A stretch of 64,000 nucleotides of DNA from Basidiobolus meristosporus CBS 931.73 (Eukaryota > Fungi > Basidiobolomycota): positions 1 through 64,000 of the forward strand of contig MCFE01000011.1 of assembly GCA_002104905.1 (NCBI GenBank), in the 5' to 3' direction. Position numbers and translations under genes: made by a program. The notes below the pieces were generated by a model, which was not told where the DNA came from, searched no databases, and saw nothing but the letters and a program-made list of their open reading frames with translations. Numbering within the stretch: the first letter of the stretch is position 1; each line of letters starts with the position of its first letter. Below, piece after piece: positions 49,801 through 62,792 of the stretch.

Positions 49801-50595
49801 AAATATATATAAACCCATTTTTAAACTATGTGACTTACTTTGATGCATTCTTTTGATGAATGAGTGTAAACAGGTATGCTAATGGAGAGTGTGTAAACCT
49901 TGATAGAGTTCACTACAAACAATTTTGAATGGATTTCAACCACAGTGTTGTATTCCGAACAGTCTAAACTGTTCACTTTAGCCTTGATTTGTATATACAC
50001 AAATGAACTATTCCACTCTGGATTTATTCAGCAGATACCTGTAGTGGACATAAATGTGGTTTCGGATGAAGTGTGTATCCTGTATACCAAGTACGTCCTG
50101 AAGAATCCACAACTGTATGAAGAGGTAGGGCACACTAGTCTGGGTCGAGTCCAATGTAACACTCTGCCGTGTACTTTCCTCTAACCTTTTGGCTCCATAT
50201 GGAATTGGGTTTGTAAGAAAATTCTTTCGTTGCCAAAGCAACAGCTCTCATTAAGTGCCGATTGTATTCAAACTCCGAATAGCTTACCAGTTTTCCTGTG
50301 TACAATCCACTCATGCATAAAGTCGTGACCAATTAACTGTGATGGCTGGATATATAAGTATATATTTCGTTTGTCCATATGGCACATTAAAATTCGACAA
50401 CGGCTGATTAGGTTGTAAATAGTGCTACGTCAACTCTATTGATACGATTTAGGGATTCTGCATTTCAATTGGAGGATAGGTGAGCATTTATTTTCTACTC
50501 GGGATTACCCCTTCTCAGTCATTGACCTCGAACAAGAACAGGTTCTATAAAGACCAGGTTCACATTCCGTATCTTTCATTTCCCCACTTTGCATA

Positions 50596-51178
50596 ATGGT
50601 ATGTACTCTCTTAAGACAATTGTGGTGTATAGTTCTCGATCCAAACGTATTGGGGCTAATCATTGTTCATAATGTAGGCTAACCAACTTACTGAAGAACA
50701 AATCGCCGAGTTCAAGGAAGCTTTCTCCCTTTTCGATAAAGATGGTGATGGCAGCATTACCACCAAGGAGCTCGGTACTGTTATGCGTTCTCTCGGACAA
50801 AACCCTACCGAGGCTGAACTACAGGATATGATTAGCGAGATCGACGCTGATGGTAATGGTCAGATCGATTTTACTGAATTCCTCACTCTTATGGCCCGCA
50901 AAATGAAGGACACTGATTCCGAAGAAGAGATTAAAGAGGCGTTCAAGGTGTTTGACAAAGATGGCAATGGATTTATCTCCGCTGCCGAACTTCGTCACGT
51001 CATGACCAACCTTGGCGAAAAGCTCACAGACGAAGAAGTTGATGAGATGATTCGCGAAGCCGATGTTGATGGTGACGGTCAAATCAACTACGACGAATTC
51101 GTCAAAATGATGGTAAGTGTACACAAGTGCTAATTCGCCAGGTTCTCTACTAACCTTGATATTAAGATGTCCAAATAA
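50596..51178 (+). CDS. CMD1: Calmodulin, 149 aa, 3 exons
   Basis: Exons 50596-50598 (ATG only), 50678-51112, 51167-51178. M|[25 protein letters not shown]...FVKMM|MSK*; four intact EF hands. Confidence 0.97.
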
Positions 51179-52314
51179 ATCATCGAAGATGCATCCCTCT
51201 CGAGTAACAAGCAGTTCTTATCAAATATGCCACCACCAGGGTTCACAAATCCACAAGAGGTTCGCTAAGATTGCCGAGTAACCATCGCTCAGTCATGAAG
51301 GCCTAAGCCGATCAAAAAATAAAGATCGAAACTACTTTTCATTCATCTATAGCATCTACAGCCTTGGCATACTTTAGGTTGCAGCTTTATTCGCGAATTG
51401 ATGGAATATTCATTGAGCAATCGTTTTCACTGGTCCTAGTCGAAAGCTGTCCTCCAGCCATTCTTCGGTGGGATCAGCTCCTACCAGCGATGGAATGGTG
51501 ACTAAGTGCGGCTATTTAAGGTGCTGTTTTCATAGGTTATCTGCTGCGACTTGAAATGGCAACCGGACATGAACTTGAACTTTACGGTAACGATTGCGCT
51601 ACAGAAATATCTCGAAACTTTCCAAATACCCCGTTGCCCGCATGTCTAAATATCCTTTCGTGAACAATATCAAGAATTAACTGTGCTCTTTTGAAGAGCG
51701 GAGTACTGTGGATGGTTTGATTGCCAATATCCATTTTGATTTGGCCAATTCTAAATCATAACTTTATATAATATTTTAAGCGATGCCAGTGGATATTTAA
51801 TCGGTTTAGAGAATACAGAATCATTCCTTTTGACCACACTCTTAAGTGGGTTGCTCACTTATCATTTAGTAATCTACCATCCCGAAAAATGTTGGTTTTG
51901 TATGGTATTTTCAATATCTAAAAGAGAAGTCATGCCAACTCTATCTTAAGCATTCGTGTCGAAATTTCTTGGGTCAATACCAGCTACAATTTACATTCAG
52001 AACAATTATCCTCGACTCTTTGGAGATTCTTTTTGCCAGGTCAAACGCCCCCTATTTCAACACCTATTCGTCTGGAATTTGGAGTTATTTGTATGTAGCT
52101 TTTATTGGAGAAATATTATATTATCTATATGGTGGTACATCAGCTTGGCTTTTAAACAATAGAATACATAAGCGACTGTATCATCAGAATTGTACCAAAA
52201 ATCAAAAATGTTGACGAGGTAACGTGATGTAGGAGTTTACAGTTGTGCGTGCACCGCAGTCAATCCGTAAGGAAATGAAGTGAGGTATTGTAATGGGGAT
52301 TCTTCAGCTTATCT

Positions 52315-53049
52315 TCATAACAGATTTAGTGTCTCCATATCAGGAACGGCTCCATTGTCCGTCAGTAACTTTGCAACGGCCCAGTGTCTTTTTTTCACAG
52401 CATACCTTACAGCGTTTGAGTCGGGTTTTACTCCTAACTCGAGAAGTTTTTGGACGACCTCAAGATGACCTCTATTGGCACTTAATGATAGCGCCATGTT
52501 GTCTTTTACGCCTAGATCCGCCTGAAATTCGGCCAGTAATTCTAGCATCTTGATGTGGGCGATTTGCGCAGATTTTATAACCGGAAAGCCGGAGGGTTTG
52601 TTCGGTGAGGCACCGCGTTCCAAAAATGTTCTTACCATAGACAAGTTATTTTCACTTTCTTCGCTTTCCAAGAAAAAACGCTTTGGTATCTTTTCGTCCT
52701 TCAGAGGGGTTTTCAACTCAATATCCTCCGCATTTCCGGAGTGAAGTCTCCTATATGCTTGATCCAAGTAATCCAATACGGCAAGATTGAAGAACTTGTA
52801 ACAGATTCCAGCTTGGAAGGCGCTCGTTACGTCTGGCCCGTATTTCTTTAATAACCAGCAGGCTTTGACATAATCTTGAGTGCTGGTTACCCAGTAGCAG
52901 CGACGTGATACTAGTGGGAGTTGACTACTTTCGGATAATACAAATATGTACGAAAGGATTTCAATAGGCAGATCGTCCAATGACACAGAGGACTTGGAAA
53001 GTTTTTTCCTCTTTTTAATATCAGATTCTATATTTGTTTTTCTCTTCAT
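52315..53049 (-). CDS. F-box-like plus ankyrin-repeat protein, 244 aa
   Basis: Basic NLS-like KKRKK; F-box-like LDDLPIEILSYIFVLS; C-terminal ankyrin-like repeats (ALSLSANRGHLEVVQKLLELGV, AVRYAVKKRHWAVAKLLTDNGA). Confidence 0.75.
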   Translation of the reverse strand: MKRKTNIESDIKKRKKLSKSSVSLDDLPIEILSYIFVLSESSQLPLVSRRCYWVTSTQDYVKACWLLKKYGPDVTSAFQAGICYKFFNLAVLDYLDQAYRRLHSGNAEDIELKTPLKDEKIPKRFFLESEESENNLSMVRTFLERGASPNKPSGFPVIKSAQIAHIKMLELLAEFQADLGVKDNMALSLSANRGHLEVVQKLLELGVKPDSNAVRYAVKKRHWAVAKLLTDNGAVPDMETLNLL

Positions 53050-54073
53050 CTTACGTGCAGTATATTTGCTTCCAGAAGGTGTATGTACAGTGCAAACAAA
53101 ACGGGTTTACGAAATTTCTTTGATATGTAGGAATGAATTTTTTTTTCTGAAGACATACATCAGTAATGAATCAATAGGAAATCACGAACGGTAATATCTG
53201 ATTCGAAAAGGCCTTTCATAACAATTTCATATTTTAGTCATCAATATGTCATTCTTGTCATTCTAGTTTCCTACCCAATTCTGACTAAACATTTGCTTAT
53301 TGGTCACCGAATTCATCAAGCACTGGACCCCAAATGCTTTCTAGCAACATGCTATATTTCATTCCTGTGGTCACCTATATTGCCAAGGCATATCACTAAG
53401 GCTCTTCGCACACCACACCGGTCATTCACCATGGTAACATGGATGTTTTCTTACTCTGCCCGCAGCCTTGGCATGGTGCCTCTGGCACAGCAGCAATAGT
53501 TTGCGGTTAGTCATGGCCAATAATATCTGTTGATTCAGTCAGAGTAGCAGTTTTCAGTACCACTTTGGTATGTTGCATGTCTACTATTGGCTAAAGATAT
53601 TCAAATAATACTCATAGGTAGGGATTTCCATCTAGTGTATATCCAATATTGGTAGACCTCTAAAACTCAGATGCAACACATGGCAAATAGCCATTCTTGA
53701 TCTAGAGTTGTAGTGGCTGATTAAATAGATACTATGTAAATGCAGTATGCAGTCTTCATGTATGCCTGCCAACCCTTTTTTGGAACCTAGATGAAATGAC
53801 AGTGTCACTTGTGAGATCATAATCAGCTTTGGGACTTTCAGTGGTCACAGTATTCAAAGGTTTGAATAAGTCTCAAGACTATTGGAGGTGTTTAACTCAT
53901 CTTGGGGAAAGTTTAAAACCAATTTCATTCAATACTTATGGATAAATAACTATAAAAGCAGTAAGCGCAGCTCAAACTGAGCTTCATTAAATTCATCATC
54001 AGCAATCTTATCACTGAATTGCTCTTTTCCTCATCTACTTGTTTGATATTAAATCAGCCAACAGCTTATCATA

Positions 54074-55478
54074 ATGTCCAGCCTACCTGCATTAGAAGCA
54101 CTCAACAAACCAAGGAATGTTACCCACCAATTGTACAAACTCCATGAAATGATGGAAAACAACCTGATTGACTTATGTATAGAATGCTTTGTTCAAGTTC
54201 ACTCTGCCAACTCTAATTGTTCGACTTAGGCCCAGAATTCCAGCGAGATGTTGTTTGGCCTGAGAAGCGTATGAGCTATCTCATAGATTCGATTCTGAAA
54301 AATTTCTATGTTCCACCTGTGATATTTTCATGCAAGCGCTTACCAGATGGAAGGCTGCTAAAGGTGTGCATTGATGGAAAGCAGCGATTATCTTCTATTA
54401 AGCGGTAGGAGAGCTAAAAATCCTTGATCATTCTAGTATTAAATCTACTTGACACTAGCTTTATGAACAACAATATCCCACATATCGATCCAAATAATCC
54501 CATTACGACCAAAAGATGGTTCAACATGGATTCTAGTAGAAAGTATGTACTAAGCGAGCGGGAGAGGGAGGATTTTCGCTATTCTGAACTAATATGTGTC
54601 GAGTACTATGGCTTAACTATGGAGCAAGAGGTATTTTATGTGCTAAGTGTATGACTCACTGGTATACTTAATGGTCTATGTAGAACGAGATTTTTTCCAG
54701 GGTCCAAATGGGTGTTGCTTTGACCACAGCAGAAAAACTCCAAGCGGTTGCTACGCCAATCGCACAATTTATTCGCACTGTTCTAGACGAACATCCTCGC
54801 GTGCTAGAAATTATGGACAATCGCCGCGCTCGCCCTTATTTGCTTGCGGCCCAAACCGTGCATATGATATACTATGAGCCTGTCAAGATGCAGTCTAGCT
54901 CTATCAATATTGAAAAGTTTCTAAGGTCAAATGTACACATCGACTCAGAGTTTCGGACCAAATGTATGGAGACCTTTAGGAAGTACAGTCAACTTGTAGA
55001 GAGATCACAGGATATTTTTTTTACACCCACTATTATGGCTCCAATTGAGTTTGTGATTTTTGGATATATTATAGCTCGTTATCCAGAGCGAGACAATAAG
55101 CAGCTTAAAAATGACTTGCTCCAGATGCGAAAGCACGTTCGTAGTCAGTTCATCGATATCCGCTTTAACGCTATTACATACAATTGTTTGATGGAGTTTG
55201 TCATCGATATCGACAGTTATGATTACGAGCAGGTGCATTTGTTGAGCAAAAATCGTCGACTACCTGCACACTACATCAAACAAACAACTGAGCGCTCAGG
55301 AAACTATAATCCAGAGCCCGAGGTGATTGCTTCCCCACAACTTCGCTTCAGAAGATCTCGAAACATCACTCGTCAACAAGCTATGCACAACGAAGCTAAT
55401 ATAGTCCGATTTAAACGCGAGGCTGAAGTAGAGGAGCCTACCGATATTCAACATATCAAGAGGGAACCTTGCACCTAA
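54074..55478 (+). CDS. DUF262 (ParB/Srx-fold, GmrSD/SspE N-terminal-like) domain protein, 414 aa, 4 exons
   Basis: Exons 54074-54176, 54230-54404, 54459-54630, 54684-55478 (1245 nt, frame consistent). Motifs IDLCPEFQRDVVW, LIDSILKNFYVPPVIF, CIDGKQRLSSI, EIFSRVQMGVALT. Confidence 0.85.
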
Positions 55479-56529
55479 CCATGAAAGCACGCCTGCGGTT
55501 TCGCAAACAAATCTATTGAGTAATGGCAGTTCCATGATTTGGCATATAATTGTGTCGTATTATAGTAACACACAGGTACTGTGGTGATGATAGATGAAAC
55601 CCAATCCCACCTTGGCTTATGAGCACATAAGGAAATCAATATAGGGGTGAGCGCATGACCCAAAGACCCTGTTATATGGCCAGGGCTCATGTTTCTAATC
55701 TGTTTCGTCCAATAAAAGGAAACTCGAAAAATAGCACAAGACTTAGCAGAGTGTGAACCAAGTCTGATAATCATGTACAAAACCTAGTAGATCACATAAT
55801 CGATTGGCTTGACCAAGTCCGCAGACAAAGCCCTATGGGTGGCCATTTATATATCAAACATTATGCGAAACGACCACACTAATTAGAGCCTATCCTCAAC
55901 AAACAGCTACAAGATCTGAGCCATTTTCCTAAAACTCATCAAACTGATTCAGATTCGTAGTCGCTTCACCCGTCAACTGTGCTTGGGTATTCGGTTTATT
56001 CGAGGCTCCATTCAATCTGCAGAGTAGCTTCGAGATGATGATGCAGTGCAACTCCACTTTGCTGCTCAACTAGGAAATAATTTCCTATGACTCGAGGGAA
56101 AGTAGTACATGTTCATCATTGTGATTTGCTATCAATTCGTACGACATCCCCGAGTTGAACGTATTCTACGGGCTTCTAAGATATCTTAGCTGTAGATGGA
56201 TACTGAAGATGAAGCTACACATCTTCAGCTCCTACAAAAGAAATATCACAAGCATATATGATGAAATATCCCACACACAATCATGAGACTCCCAGCAAAA
56301 GCTGGCACGGCGAAATCGGATCAAGCATGGCTATTAGCAGGAATTCGGTGATTTATGACACCTCTTTCGCTGATGCTCCACAAATATGAATTAGGCTGAT
56401 CTCATGCCCAATTTGTTAACCAGTCACAGTGCGGGCCAAATGAGATAAATGGCCATCGGCATCCCCAATCTCCGCGACATTCTTTCCTCCCACTATTTTC
56501 TCACTGCTCTACCGTGTTGGTTTTCAGAT

Positions 56530-58192
56530 ATGGCCGACACGAAGCCTGATTATACTCCCATACCCACCAAGCCTCAGGATAATGAGGTTACACATCACAC
56601 TCGAAGCCGAAGCCGTATATCCGCCATCTTTACGGTGATATTTTCTGGATTTGCTCTTCTTTCCGACGGCTATCAGTCTGGCGTCATCAGTTTTGTGAAT
56701 TTGATCTTGGAGAAGATTTATCCTGTGGAGTACGATGCAAATACCGCCACCCGAATAAGCAACGCGTTGTTTGTAGGAATGATTGTTGGCCAGCTGGGCT
56801 TTGGCTTGGTTTGTGATAGAGTAGGAAGAAAAATTGGCCTTCTGTCTACCACTGCATTGGTAATCGTAGGCGCATTGCTATCGGCCGTCTCGTATGGTGC
56901 TAATGGATCTGTTGTAGGGTTACTCTGGATGCTTACTATTTGCAGAGGTATATTGGGAGTAGGAGTAGGTGGAGAGTATCCCTGCAGCTCAGTTAGTGCC
57001 AGCGAATCGGCTGATGAAGTTAGGCCAAACAATAGAGGGTGCTTGTTTGTAATGGTTGATATTAGCATTTACCTGCCGCCAGCCATCTACGGAACACTAA
57101 CGTGCGTTATGTTCGGCAGGTTACAAACTTCGTGATTGACTTCGGTTACGTCTTATCGGCCCTGGTCCCGATCATCTTGCTTGCCATTTTTGGCGACAAT
57201 TTGGAGCCCATTTGGAGAATCTCTTTGGGTTTGGGCGCTCTACCTCCACTTTCCGTGTTTTATTGTGAGTGCATGAGACCTCTGGTTCTGTCCATTGCCG
57301 AGACTGCTTACTCACCCCAATTCTTATCTAGTTCGAATCAAAATGGACAACTCCACACGCTATCAATCGGATGCCATTAAACGCAATGTTCCCTATATGC
57401 TGATTCTGAAACGATATTGGCCACGCATATTGACCACTGCGGGTCTATGGTTTTTCTACGACTTCATTTCATACCCGTCTGGTGTATTTTCGTCAACTAT
57501 CCTAAGCAAGGCCGTACCCAACAACTCATTGATGAAAACCGCCACTTGGAATCTTCTCCTTTATTCGTTCTATCTTCCAGGGGCCGTTGGCGGGGCCATC
57601 TTCTCCGACAAGATCGGTAGAAAGCGAACAATGACCATTGGCTTCGCACTACAGGGTTTCGTGGGGATTGCTTTGGGAGCTGCGTATGGGCCTTTGGTAG
57701 AGAATGTGTTCCCCCTTTTTGTGGTACGTAGTGGCGCTAGTGGGCACAGGAGCTCAGTATCCAACTAACATGGAGGTTTCGTAGGTTCTATATGGAATTT
57801 ACTTGGCGTGCGGCGAGTTCGGGCCAGGCGATTGTATTGGGCTCGTCAGTGCGGAAAGTTACCCTACTGCAGTCCGTGGAACTGCATATGGTATATCAGC
57901 AGCCATCGGGAAAGTGGGGGCAACAGTGGGAACAGCAGTATTTAAACCAATAACCAATGCATTCGGAGGACCAGACACCATCAATGGGCAGCGCTCACCA
58001 TTTATTATTGGATGTTGTTTGGCTATACTTGGGGCTATCTTGACATGGCTGTTCATCCCTGACCTCTCCAAGGATCGACTTGAAGATGAAGATGAGGCGT
58101 TCAGGGAATACTTGTTACAGCACGGCTATGATGTGCGTAACTTTGGGATTGCAGAAAGGACGGACACCCCTGAGAGCAGTACCTCAGCTTAG
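56530..58192 (+). CDS. GIT1: MFS transporter, GIT1-like glycerophosphodiester / phosphate:H+ symporter family, 489 aa, 4 exons
   Basis: Exons 56530-57054, 57120-57264, 57332-57723, 57785-58192. Motifs GFALLSDGY, DRVGRK, GVGVGGEYPCSSVSASE, DFISYPSGVFS, GEFGPGDCIGLVSAESYPTAVRGTAYGISAAIGKVGA. Confidence 0.85.
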
Positions 58193-58559
58193 TTCGAAGT
58201 AATGATCTACCTTTCCCCACCATTAAATATATATCTTACCCACATATATTATAATTCTCATGGATGTATAATAAATGGATATTCTTTTAACATGGTTTTT
58301 AAAGTTGCTTAACCACAAGCGTGTAGCCTGTGCCACGCGGGAATTCCGAGATGATACAATTAACACGGGTGTATTTATTATATAGACAAGTATCAACAGA
58401 ATGATAATTGGGAAATTAGCTATTGATAGACGATAGTGGGCGAAGACTCAAAAGATTACTACATGAACTAAATATTACATAGAAGCACCGCTATGTGTAT
58501 GTCACATAGCGGCTTTTGATTAAATTAACAACCAAGTTGTTGAACGAAAACTCCTATAT

Positions 58560-59381
58560 CTACAGTAAGCTTGGATATTCTGACATGTGGAGTGGGCACG
58601 GAATCAGGTCATTGCATGCGTCAAGCTCACATCCGCAAGGCTCCTTGTTCGAGAATGGTTGCACTTCAAAATGATATGGCATTGGTGGCATAGAATACCG
58701 ATAATTCCTAGAATTATGCAGATCACGCCTTGGTTGATTGAGATTCGAGAATGGGTTTCTAATCGCTCTAGCCATTGTCTCTAAGTCTTGGATCCATAAT
58801 TGATAATCGACTTCGGAAAAATATAGATCAAACTCCAATGTCTCCAGGAATTTCATCTCCAAGGCGTTTAGAATCGATACGGGGATCCCTGACATTTTGT
58901 TCCAGGCTGAATTGTTGTAGGACACATCCTCATGGTACTTCATCCCGAGAAGCAGACTGGTTGTGAGTAGGTGACGCTCAAATCCGTGTTGGGAACTGTA
59001 TTTTGGGGCACTTGTACACAGCCGGTTCAAATAATGAAGCCCAACCACGATCACACGAGTAGATAGTTGCGCACGACGTAGCAGTCCGCGACAATACTCA
59101 CGAAAATCGTGCCCCACTCCGTTGACCAGCGTGTAGTTCGACGTATTCGAGTGGCAGAGCGAAAATGCTATGCTTGAGATTAGGTCGGCGAGTACAGTGT
59201 GATAGGTTTCCGGTGTTGTCCCGAAAAGCAAATCTATAGACCCAAGATACCGCTCGGAATATTGATCATCATGGTTGACTTGGGAGGTGGCGGGAATTGA
59301 GGTTGGGAGGGAAAGTCTGTGTTCAGACTTTGAGGCAAATGGATTTGTAAGATTATTCGAATAAGAATACAACGCACTCAT
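58560..59381 (-). CDS. Pho80/Pcl-family cyclin, about 273 aa (ORF is open further upstream to 59600)
   Basis: Cyclin box LRRAQLSTRVIVVGLHYLNRL...LLTTSLLLGMKYHEDVSYNNSAWNKMSGIPVSILNALEMKFLETLEFDLY. Start chosen at MSALYSYSN (59381); true start uncertain. Confidence 0.85.
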   Translation of the reverse strand: MSALYSYSNNLTNPFASKSEHRLSLPTSIPATSQVNHDDQYSERYLGSIDLLFGTTPETYHTVLADLISSIAFSLCHSNTSNYTLVNGVGHDFREYCRGLLRRAQLSTRVIVVGLHYLNRLCTSAPKYSSQHGFERHLLTTSLLLGMKYHEDVSYNNSAWNKMSGIPVSILNALEMKFLETLEFDLYFSEVDYQLWIQDLETMARAIRNPFSNLNQPRRDLHNSRNYRYSMPPMPYHFEVQPFSNKEPCGCELDACNDLIPCPLHMSEYPSLL

Positions 59382-62300
59382 GGTGTATGTGATACTCGGA
59401 ACTTCCAAGCAATAGTCGACAATCGAGAGACTGGTAAATTTGGCAGGAAAGGAGGATAAGATCAATTTGGAGAAGATGATTTCTATGGCTGATGCGGCAG
59501 TAATTTCATCTTTTATACTTTTTGTATAATGGTGTGCAGTTATTGAGGCATACAGCCAAAATTTTACATTATCCGGATCCCTCAACCAAAGGGATCTCAT
59601 TCGCTCCCACTAAAACCATCTCGGTTTCGAGTGAGCTATTTGTACATATAGATAGGTAAGCAGTATTTTGGAAGACCCAGCGGGAAATGCTTGCTTCTGA
59701 CTGGTCCATAATCACACTCTCCAAAAGATCCGACTAGAAGGCAACCTTGACATACCGATTTCATTATTACCAGAAATCATGAATTAGGGGACCGCAATTA
59801 GCCAACTGCAATGGAGATAGTAACCACAACTCTTATGGTCATGATCGTGCTCGGAGTATCTGTCAGTGATACCTTCCAAAACCCTACTCTATTGATCCTA
59901 TTTTGAAGCTTAATATGTTTTTCCATGACGACATGTATTGTCATTGGCCCGACTTCTCTGAATGAGATAATATACATCTTCATTTGAAACCTAAGTAATC
60001 ACCGGAAACCTCCCTCAGATCAGGATGGTTTTTTGGGAGGGGGTGATTGGGCATCTCACCTATGACTTCCGCATTCGTAGGCTTAGATTGCAGATGAATG
60101 AGAAATTCGATTGGGGGCTGTGACTTCGGGCACCCTTGATCTTGGAGCCTCATGCGGAAACTATGCCTAACCCTATTCATGCACCTAACCCTGAAGCTCT
60201 ATTCATGATTAGAGCAAAAACCAATCGGTCAATCCCTCTCCAACACCGCCACTTTCACCTCAGAAATAGCCCGCAGGTGATACGTCTCGCTATTATTCTT
60301 AGCTTGCTTGGCTCCCTGGTGTTCCGCGGTAAAGGTACCAACCAGTGGTGGCCAAGGTATTTCCTGAATATGGTCAGGTTGGCTCTATTAGTGAACAAAG
60401 GCCTATTATGCTGGTCATACAAGAGAATAGATTGACGGTGATGTAGAGTTGAGGGATGCGACAAGCTGATACTGGTTTCCTCACCACCTAATTCGCCCGT
60501 TAATTCCTGCCTATCCAGGACAATGAGCAGGGGTGTATGAGGATCCGAGGGATCACCTCCATTGTGTTCTGGGGATCCTCGTTTTGTGAAATGCGTGCTG
60601 ATGCTCTTAGCTTGGTTACATTATTCTTGCCAAGGCTGTTCTATAATTTAAGAAGCTGTCACCATCATATCCATCTTGATAGGGACCGAAAATGGTCTAA
60701 TGTCTAGGCTATCTTATGTTTCCTACGATTTGAGTCAACCCACACCATTCGGAATCTTCAAGATCGTAGCTGAGATTATCTCTGTAACGTTCTTCAAGTT
60801 ACCGCTTGAATGGGCCATGAAGTTTGGAACTCATCTGATCTGTCATGGTCGAATGGTGTTCCAAAGATCCAACCTGGCTGCATAGACAGTGGCGTCTGAA
60901 TCTTCTATTTTTGTCTGCATCATGCCATGAAAATCCCACCGCTAGTAAACATGCTGGCTATGACTGCTAGTGCTCATCGTTGCAGCGGCGTTCCATAGCC
61001 TACATACACACCATAAGGAGTTGTCTCAATCGTAGAGTGAGCTCGGTTCAAAGTAGCAAATCCCATCACTCCACCGATATCATGGGACTCGACACGTTGC
61101 GGAAAAATACTGGATTTTCATGGTTTCCTGAATTCCGGATGGTGTTCCGGAACATACATGGAAATAAAGATCCATTGCGAGCGAAAGGGAATAAGGTTGT
61201 AATTGGTCAATCGCCATTCGCTGTTGGTCACCATCCTTGTTCACCACTCCTAATGGTGGGATGGTACTGGTCGAGCGAACGAGTATGCTCACATCCTAGA
61301 TGCCACGTCCTGTAATAGCAATAGTAGCGGTTCTTTTTCCAGTGATGTGTGTCAGTTATCCACGCGCGAGGACTGGCTCTATTTGTTCAAGAGGGTGGGT
61401 TCCATATCCGGTCCTAAATGTGTGCAACTGCACCGAGAGATTATGGATACTTTTGGCTGATCGCTTTTAGATAGATGATGCACAAACGATCATGGTGCGG
61501 CCTCCGGAGTCGGTCGTTCATGGATGGGTTGAGAGTAGGGTGCTTGAGGCTATGGCTTTGTCTCTGCAATGAAGGTTTAGGGTTCCTATTAGACCAGCAT
61601 CAAGTGACACTTCGGATAGATACCTGTTTCATGAAGCACCTGTTGTACCAGTGGGGATTTTGGAATGTAGAGCTTAGATGAATGTGAGTGGGATTGCAGA
61701 TCTCGCAGATTCATCCTACAAACAACCTGGATTTTACCGGAGTCTGATCCGAGCTAGAATGAGGAGTGGGTGTCTCCTGTTAGCATGTGTACTGCACAAA
61801 ATGGGTTGTATTGCCACTCGGTCAGCTTGGCGGTTTCTATTGATCGTATTTCGATTCTGGGTAAGCTTGATATGGATATGCTCTACGATAATGTTATCTC
61901 GCACTATATCCGTAGCTGAGTAGCTAAGCCCAAAGGCAGTCTTAAAAATGCGAACCATACTGGGCCAATCCTGGTTGGTTGGCCTATCACGTCTGGCTAA
62001 GTGACGAGTGGCCTAACATAAGACTTCCACTTGACTCCTCGATGCAAAGAGGTGGAACAAAGGCGCTAGTAGGTTGTGGAATCTCGCCACGTCTCAGAAT
62101 GCTTGGATTCCATTCTGTAAGATAGCGTTGTCCAATCAGATTTCATTCTCGAAGTGGATTCATTGGAGGACACAAAGCATTTTCTGTTTGGTAGAGAAGA
62201 CGATCTTTTCTGTCCCGAAAATCGAGTGGCTTGTAGCTCATCGCTTGCATTATCCGCAATGCTTCATTCCCATAATGGATCGGTGCGGAGATTCTTTGCC

Positions 62301-62792
62301 TTATTTTCCGCATTCTTTGAGGGCTAGAGCCATTCAGATCAAACCGCCTTGACTGCCAGTTGAAATGGTGAGAGAATTGAGCCACCGAATCCTTGATAAA
62401 GAAATCCCCCACAATAATCAAGGGGTATAGGTTAATTTGAGGGGCATTCCTTGGCATGTTTACTTTCTTGTTATAATACATGCGCCTTCCAAACAAGATT
62501 TAGCGAGATCAACCAAGTGCTGCAGAGTGGAGTGGCGACGCAGCATTGTTGATTTTCAATTAATATGACTCTTTTTTACAGGCACGTTGGGTGATGATAA
62601 GCGCCATTCAACCATTTGCATATATGCAAATATGCACATCATTTCTGAATGTGAGTGTTACTAGTGGACAACACATGTCAAATTTTATGGAGTTTTGCAA
62701 ATTGCGGTCTTAATGAAAGGATTCAACTGATTGATATAACTTTGTTTCTATTACCCCAAGAGACCTCCTGACCGTCAAGGCCACAAGGAAGC

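Noticed and set aside
51956-52214. Short hydrophobic ORFs between calmodulin and the ankyrin gene
   Set aside because: Non-ATG starts, no recognisable domain or splice support.
56530-58192. MFS gene as a siderophore-iron transporter
   Set aside because: Its motifs are those of the Git1/Pho84 group, not the Sit1/MirB family; it is 27 kb from the NRPS and I saw no ATCWGATAA box upstream.
56530-59381. GIT1 plus Pho80-like cyclin as a phosphate-regulon gene pair
   Set aside because: Only adjacency supports it; I saw no CACGTG/Pho4-type site, and Pcl cyclins have many roles.
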